This document shows positions 59,660-64,000 of a DNA stretch of 64,000 nucleotides, piece after piece (the first letter of the stretch is position 1; each line of letters starts with the position of its first letter). Under the pieces are notes generated by a model. It saw only the letters and a program-made list of their open reading frames with translations. It searched no databases and was not told the DNA's origin. A program made the translations under genes and the position numbers. This DNA is from Myxococcota bacterium. Its GTDB lineage: Bacteria; Myxococcota_A; SURF-8; G963663525. The stretch is from positions 1 through 64,000 of the forward strand of contig CAXXVK010000031.1 in NCBI GenBank assembly GCA_963676915.2, written 5' to 3'.

Positions 59660-60631
59660 ATGGCAGGCAAAAAAGCGAAAAAGGAACAAAACCGCTGGTC
59701 GAACGGCTTTTCTGTAAAGCTGTTTCCCATCAATGCTCCCAGACCAACGGAATTCCTGGTAAAACCTTGGCATATCAAGGCTTTGACTGTTCTCATGTTT
59801 CTGCTTGTCGGTGGTATTCTCGCCTCCGGCACCTACCTGTATTTCAGTCCCGACGCTGAAAAAGAAAACCGCCGCCTCAAGGTTGCGAACCTGGAGCTTC
59901 AAGCACAACTCCAGAAAATGGGTAATAAAATCGATCGGTTGGATAAAACTATCGAGCGAGTCCAGCGATTCAGTGCGAAATTGCATGTGCTGACCGATAT
60001 CCCCGGCAGTGAAGGCGCGTTGGCAATGGGGCCGCTTTCTCAGGCAGAGATGGTTGTTGCCGAGGGAAATTACGGGTTGTTGAATCCGGCCATGGCCAGT
60101 AAGTTGACAGAGAAATTCGGGGGCTTGGACAGCCTTGACGTGCTCGACGAACTCAATCGCGTATTGGGACAGGCCAAAGACCAGGAAAGGGAACTTGCCG
60201 AAATTAGCAGTTTCCTCGAAAACAATCGCTTGCGTCTAAGCAGTATTCCAAGCATCTGGCCGGTAAAAGGTTGGATTTCCTCCAGTTTCGGCTATCGTCT
60301 TTCACCGTTTACCGGAGAACGTCGATTCCACGAAGGATTGGATATTTCCGCTCCTCGCCTTACCCCGATTCTCGCTCCTTCGGAAGGTGTCGTAACCTAC
60401 CGTGGAGAACGTAGCGGGTATGGCAAAGTGCTGGTGATTGACCACGGCTTCAATATTTCGACGCGGTACGCGCATTTGTCGGAATTTTTCGTCAAGGTCG
60501 GCGATCGCATCAAGCGTGGACAGAAAATCGGAAGCGTTGGTAACACAGGTCGCTCGACCGGTCCACACTTGCATTACGAAGTCCGTGTCCACAATATTCC
60601 TCAAAATCCCATGCGGTTCATACTCGATTGA
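59660..60631 (+). CDS. M23 family metallopeptidase
   Basis: TM plus coiled coil; PSIWPVKGWISSSFG.R.SPF, HEGLD, YAHLS, GNTGRSTGPHLHYEV. Confidence 0.93.
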   Translation: MAGKKAKKEQNRWSNGFSVKLFPINAPRPTEFLVKPWHIKALTVLMFLLVGGILASGTYLYFSPDAEKENRRLKVANLELQAQLQKMGNKIDRLDKTIERVQRFSAKLHVLTDIPGSEGALAMGPLSQAEMVVAEGNYGLLNPAMASKLTEKFGGLDSLDVLDELNRVLGQAKDQERELAEISSFLENNRLRLSSIPSIWPVKGWISSSFGYRLSPFTGERRFHEGLDISAPRLTPILAPSEGVVTYRGERSGYGKVLVIDHGFNISTRYAHLSEFFVKVGDRIKRGQKIGSVGNTGRSTGPHLHYEVRVHNIPQNPMRFILD

Positions 60632-61440
60632 TTCCTTATCTTACGATCCCAAGGTTCGAACTCGGTCCCATCGTGATCGATCACTTCATGGTGCTTGTGG
60701 CGACGGCGGTCATCGTCGGAGTCGTGCTGTATGACCGTATCCTGCTGCGCGGCGGCGTAAATGTACGAGTCGGACGTAATATGGTGGAAGTGTGTCTTGC
60801 GGGAGGATTCATCGGGGCACACCTTGTCCATGTATTGATCTATCATCCTTGGCTATTGGAAAACGATCCCTGGGTGCTGTTGTATTTCTGGTCGGGCTTG
60901 TCCTCGATCGGTGGTTTTTTCGGCGGTGCGCTGGCAGGATACGTTTATCTGCGTATCAAAAAGCATCCTATCGTTCCCATTGGCGACCGCCTGTTGCTGG
61001 CTTTGCTGGGAGCGTGGAATTTCGGACGTCTCGGGTGTACTTTTGCACACGATCATCCCGGTATTCCTACCGATTTCTTCCTGGGAGTGCAATTTCCAGA
61101 CGGCGTTGTCCGACATGATTTGGGGTTTTATGAATTCCTCTGGGCCGTGGCTCTTAGTATCGTCGCGTTTACTCTGGCCCGAAAACCTCGTCGAGAAGGT
61201 TTTTTCATGGGGCTGATTTTGACGACGTACGCTCCGTTGCGTTTCTTTTTCGATTTTCTTCGAGTCACAGAAGGAAAGTGGGCCGATATCCGTTTTATCG
61301 GTTTGACGCCCGCCCAATATGGAACGATTGTGCTGTTCGGTTTCGGATTATGGTTGCTGATTCGTCAGAGAAAACGCCCCTTGCACCCCCCGTTTTTCGG
61401 AAAAAGACCCATTGGAAAGACTTTTTCGGGAAACGAATAA
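60628..61440 (+). CDS. lgt: Prolipoprotein diacylglyceryl transferase-like protein
   Basis: GFIGAHL, GLSSIGGFFGG, GRLGCTFAHDHPG, RHDLGFYE, RFFFDFLR, LTPAQ. Confidence 0.8.
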   Translation: MIPYLTIPRFELGPIVIDHFMVLVATAVIVGVVLYDRILLRGGVNVRVGRNMVEVCLAGGFIGAHLVHVLIYHPWLLENDPWVLLYFWSGLSSIGGFFGGALAGYVYLRIKKHPIVPIGDRLLLALLGAWNFGRLGCTFAHDHPGIPTDFFLGVQFPDGVVRHDLGFYEFLWAVALSIVAFTLARKPRREGFFMGLILTTYAPLRFFFDFLRVTEGKWADIRFIGLTPAQYGTIVLFGFGLWLLIRQRKRPLHPPFFGKRPIGKTFSGNE

Positions 61441-61550
61441 CATGGAAACTTCACTGAAACGATAGAAATCCTTGCCAATCTCGGTTGGATTCTTTACAAA
61501 GAATCTGGGTTCGATACAATGAGCCTGCTCCTGAGTGCGGAGGATGAAAC

Positions 61551-61907
61551 ATGTCGAAGAAAAAGTTTCCCGAACCGGTGACTACGTTTGTCAAGGACTT
61601 GCACCTCGGCTCTTTGCCGTTTTCCAAACGTAGCGAAAAGTCAAAACATCGCCGGAAAAGCTCCCGAAAAAAGGAAGAACCTCGGGATTGGGAACTGGAA
61701 ACTTTTTACGCAGTGGAAGAACTGGTTAAGCAATGGAAGCACTCTGATACGGAGTTGGATGTATACCTCGACCGCGTTATGGCTAAAGCCGTGGGCAAAG
61801 GAGGCAAACGTCCGAAACACCAAATTAAAGAGTTACGGCGCCGAGTGTCCGATCTCAACCGTCGCTGTGACCTTCTTGAAATGAAATTGGCCGACAACAC
61901 CAAGTAA
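61551..61907 (+). CDS. Hypothetical basic/coiled-coil protein
   Basis: SD GGAGG; C-terminal IKELRRRVSDLNRR..LLE. Confidence 0.7.
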   Translation: MSKKKFPEPVTTFVKDLHLGSLPFSKRSEKSKHRRKSSRKKEEPRDWELETFYAVEELVKQWKHSDTELDVYLDRVMAKAVGKGGKRPKHQIKELRRRVSDLNRRCDLLEMKLADNTK

Positions 61908-61923
61908 CGACAGGCGGAATTAG

Positions 61924-62733
61924 ATGGACAGAGAGGAACAGTACAACGTAGTCGCGGATGTCCAGATGCAGGCCGATGATCGCGAACTTCCCATCGATCA
62001 GGTCGGAGTGAAGAATCTCCGATACCCGATCAAAATCAAAGAAAAGGGCGGCGGCTGGCAGCGTACCGTCTCGGCCGTCGATATGTCGGTGAGACTTCCT
62101 CAGCAGTTCAAAGGTACGCATATGAGCCGTTTTATTTCGATTCTCAACGAGTTTCGTGGGAGAATCGAAATCCGGGCCATCGGCCAGGTGCTCGAAGCCA
62201 TGAAGGAGAAACTTCAGGCGGATTCGGTCAACATTGAAATGAAATTTCCGTATTTCATCGAAAAACGCGCCCCCGTGACCGGCGTTTCTGGAATGATGGA
62301 TTACGATTGCTGGTACACCGGTTCACTGGATCAGGACGACGAATTGCGTCTTAGTTTCGGTGTTCACGTTCCGGTGACGACGGTCTGTCCCTGTTCGAAG
62401 GAAATTTCCGACCGTGGTGCACACAATCAACGTTGCCGCGTTCGGGTGGATCTAGAAAGTCACAAATTGTTCTGGATAGAAGATCTGATCGCTCTGATCG
62501 AAAGCTGCGGAAGCTGTGAACTGTTTGCGCAACTCAAGCGTCCCGATGAAAAATGGATCACCGAGCACGCCTACGACAAGCCGCGTTTCGTCGAAGATAT
62601 CGTGCGAGAAGTGGCAAAAAACCTGCGAGACGATCCTTCCGTGTCGTATTGCAGAGTCGAAGCGGAAAGCGCAGAGTCGATTCACAATCATGAGGCGTAC
62701 GCTATCATCGAAATCGATCGGAGAGAGCGGTAA
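61924..62733 (+). CDS. folE2: GTP cyclohydrolase IB
   Basis: PIDQVGV, KGTHMSRF, TTVCPCSKEIS..GAHNQR, KRPDEK, FVED, ESIHNHEAYA. Confidence 0.95.
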   Translation: MDREEQYNVVADVQMQADDRELPIDQVGVKNLRYPIKIKEKGGGWQRTVSAVDMSVRLPQQFKGTHMSRFISILNEFRGRIEIRAIGQVLEAMKEKLQADSVNIEMKFPYFIEKRAPVTGVSGMMDYDCWYTGSLDQDDELRLSFGVHVPVTTVCPCSKEISDRGAHNQRCRVRVDLESHKLFWIEDLIALIESCGSCELFAQLKRPDEKWITEHAYDKPRFVEDIVREVAKNLRDDPSVSYCRVEAESAESIHNHEAYAIIEIDRRER

Positions 62734-62970
62734 ACAAAGGTTGTTTCACCCATTCCGATAAATTTTGCAATCCTGATAAATTTGGTGCTATGCTTCGGTC
62801 TCGCCATGTTTCGAGTCTGAAACGTATTTCCGTATGGGCGGGGAATGAAAAGGAATGTATTTTCACCCGCTGTTTCGGATCGACCGACGGATGGATTTTT
62901 TCGTTGGAATGAGTCGTTTCGAAATCCATGCGCGTGTATGGCGCAATCAAAAAAGGGGAAAGGTGAGCCA

Positions 62971-63795
62971 TTGAAAGCGAGCACTAGAATTAAAAAAATT
63001 ATTTCCATGGTAGCGGTCTGGTCGTTGCTGATCGTGTTCTGCGGTGGGGCGATGTGCGGCAAGCATCGGAAAGTCGATGAAAAAGATGCGGAAGCCTCCG
63101 ATAGCCATTACCAGCTTGCTTTGAATTTCTATCAGCAAGGCAACACCATCGAAGCTTTGAAAACGCTGGAACAAGCTGAAGAACTCAATCCGAACAACCA
63201 AGATGCCCAATATCTTTACGGAATTATTTATTTGGGAAAGAAAATTTACGACAAATCCGAAGCCGCTTTCAAACGCGCCATCGAAATCGACCCCGATTTT
63301 TCAGATGCTTATAACGGTCTGGGAGCCGTCTATATCGATCAGAAACAATGGCAAAAAGCCATCGATATTCTGCAAAAACCCTCTTCGGATATCCTCTATC
63401 CTTACCGCGACAAAGTATACGACAACCTCGGCTGGTGTCATCACAAACTTGGTGAAAGCGAAAAAGCTGCAGACTACCTGATCCAAGCCTGCCACGAAAA
63501 TCCGAAAAACTGTCATGCCTGGTACAATCTTGGGCGAGTGCATCGTGATGCCGGTAAGTTTGCAGAAGCTGTTCGAGCTTTTGCGAAATCGACGAGTGCA
63601 GACAAAACCTGTACGAATTTCCTGGAAGGACAGTACGAACTTGCCATGGCGGCTATCAAAGCTGGAGACCACGATACTGCGCGACCTGCGTTGATGAAAT
63701 GCATGACGTTGGCCAAAGATACGGAACGCGGTGCAACCTGCAAACGCTATCTGGAAACGCTTCCCGAAAAACATAACGATATCATCGTGAAATGA
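62971..63795 (+). CDS. TPR lipoprotein, Tgl/PilF pilotin-like
   Basis: Hydrophobic N-terminus with Cys; tandem TPRs (HYQLALNFYQQG, AYNGLGAVY, DNLGWCH, WYNLGRVH). Start uncertain (62938-63007). Confidence 0.75.
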   Translation: MKASTRIKKIISMVAVWSLLIVFCGGAMCGKHRKVDEKDAEASDSHYQLALNFYQQGNTIEALKTLEQAEELNPNNQDAQYLYGIIYLGKKIYDKSEAAFKRAIEIDPDFSDAYNGLGAVYIDQKQWQKAIDILQKPSSDILYPYRDKVYDNLGWCHHKLGESEKAADYLIQACHENPKNCHAWYNLGRVHRDAGKFAEAVRAFAKSTSADKTCTNFLEGQYELAMAAIKAGDHDTARPALMKCMTLAKDTERGATCKRYLETLPEKHNDIIVK

Positions 63796-64000
63796 AGTAA
63801 ATTCCTGTCGATTCTTCTTTTTTACGACGAAAAGAGAAACCTTCTGTGGAGATTTTCTCCGAAAGGGTTTCGTTTGTCTGCGATAGCTTCTATAATCCGT
63901 CGCATCAGGATGAAGCTAGGCTCCGGTGCTTTCCACGTGTAGACTATGGCCATTTTTCGATATCCACAGTTCGGGTGTTTTCGGCAGGTTACTGCCAATG

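Noticed and set aside
63947-64000. Possible gene start at the window end
   Set aside because: Too little sequence to support a call.

Overview
Chromosomal window (~52% GC by eye) from what looks like an uncultured Myxococcota/deltaproteobacterium-like organism. That placement is inferred from PEGA, DUF4388/J-like, Tgl-like and GGC-TM-RRRR sorting-signal proteins. Housekeeping genes (gltA, pyrRBC, recJ, dapF, xth, rarA, thiC, rnpB, tRNA-Pro, tyrS, psd, truB, putP, lgt-like, folE2) are interleaved with about 14 acidic, often Cys-rich predicted lipoproteins. Main points of interest: (1) a 1143-aa lipoprotein built from about 9-11 beta-defensin/tick-carboxypeptidase-inhibitor-like 6-Cys repeats alternating with a second 8-Cys repeat; (2) a three-gene Tat-exported GMC flavo-dehydrogenase paired with a 7-heme CxxxxCH/CxxCH lipoprotein cytochrome; (3) a DUF483-like/radical SAM/TPR fusion with a split Cys motif; (4) a pyrR leader with promoter, alternative hairpins, terminator and a 29-codon leader ORF, in front of a PyrR lacking some RNA-binding residues; (5) a rod-like RNA upstream of thiC that is not a canonical TPP riboswitch; (6) a recurring (D/G/N/T)GDxD acidic linker motif in unrelated exported proteins. 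Three genes carry single frameshifts, probably assembly indels. No CRISPR array, IS or integrase was seen. All family assignments come from motif recognition by eye; no database searches were run.
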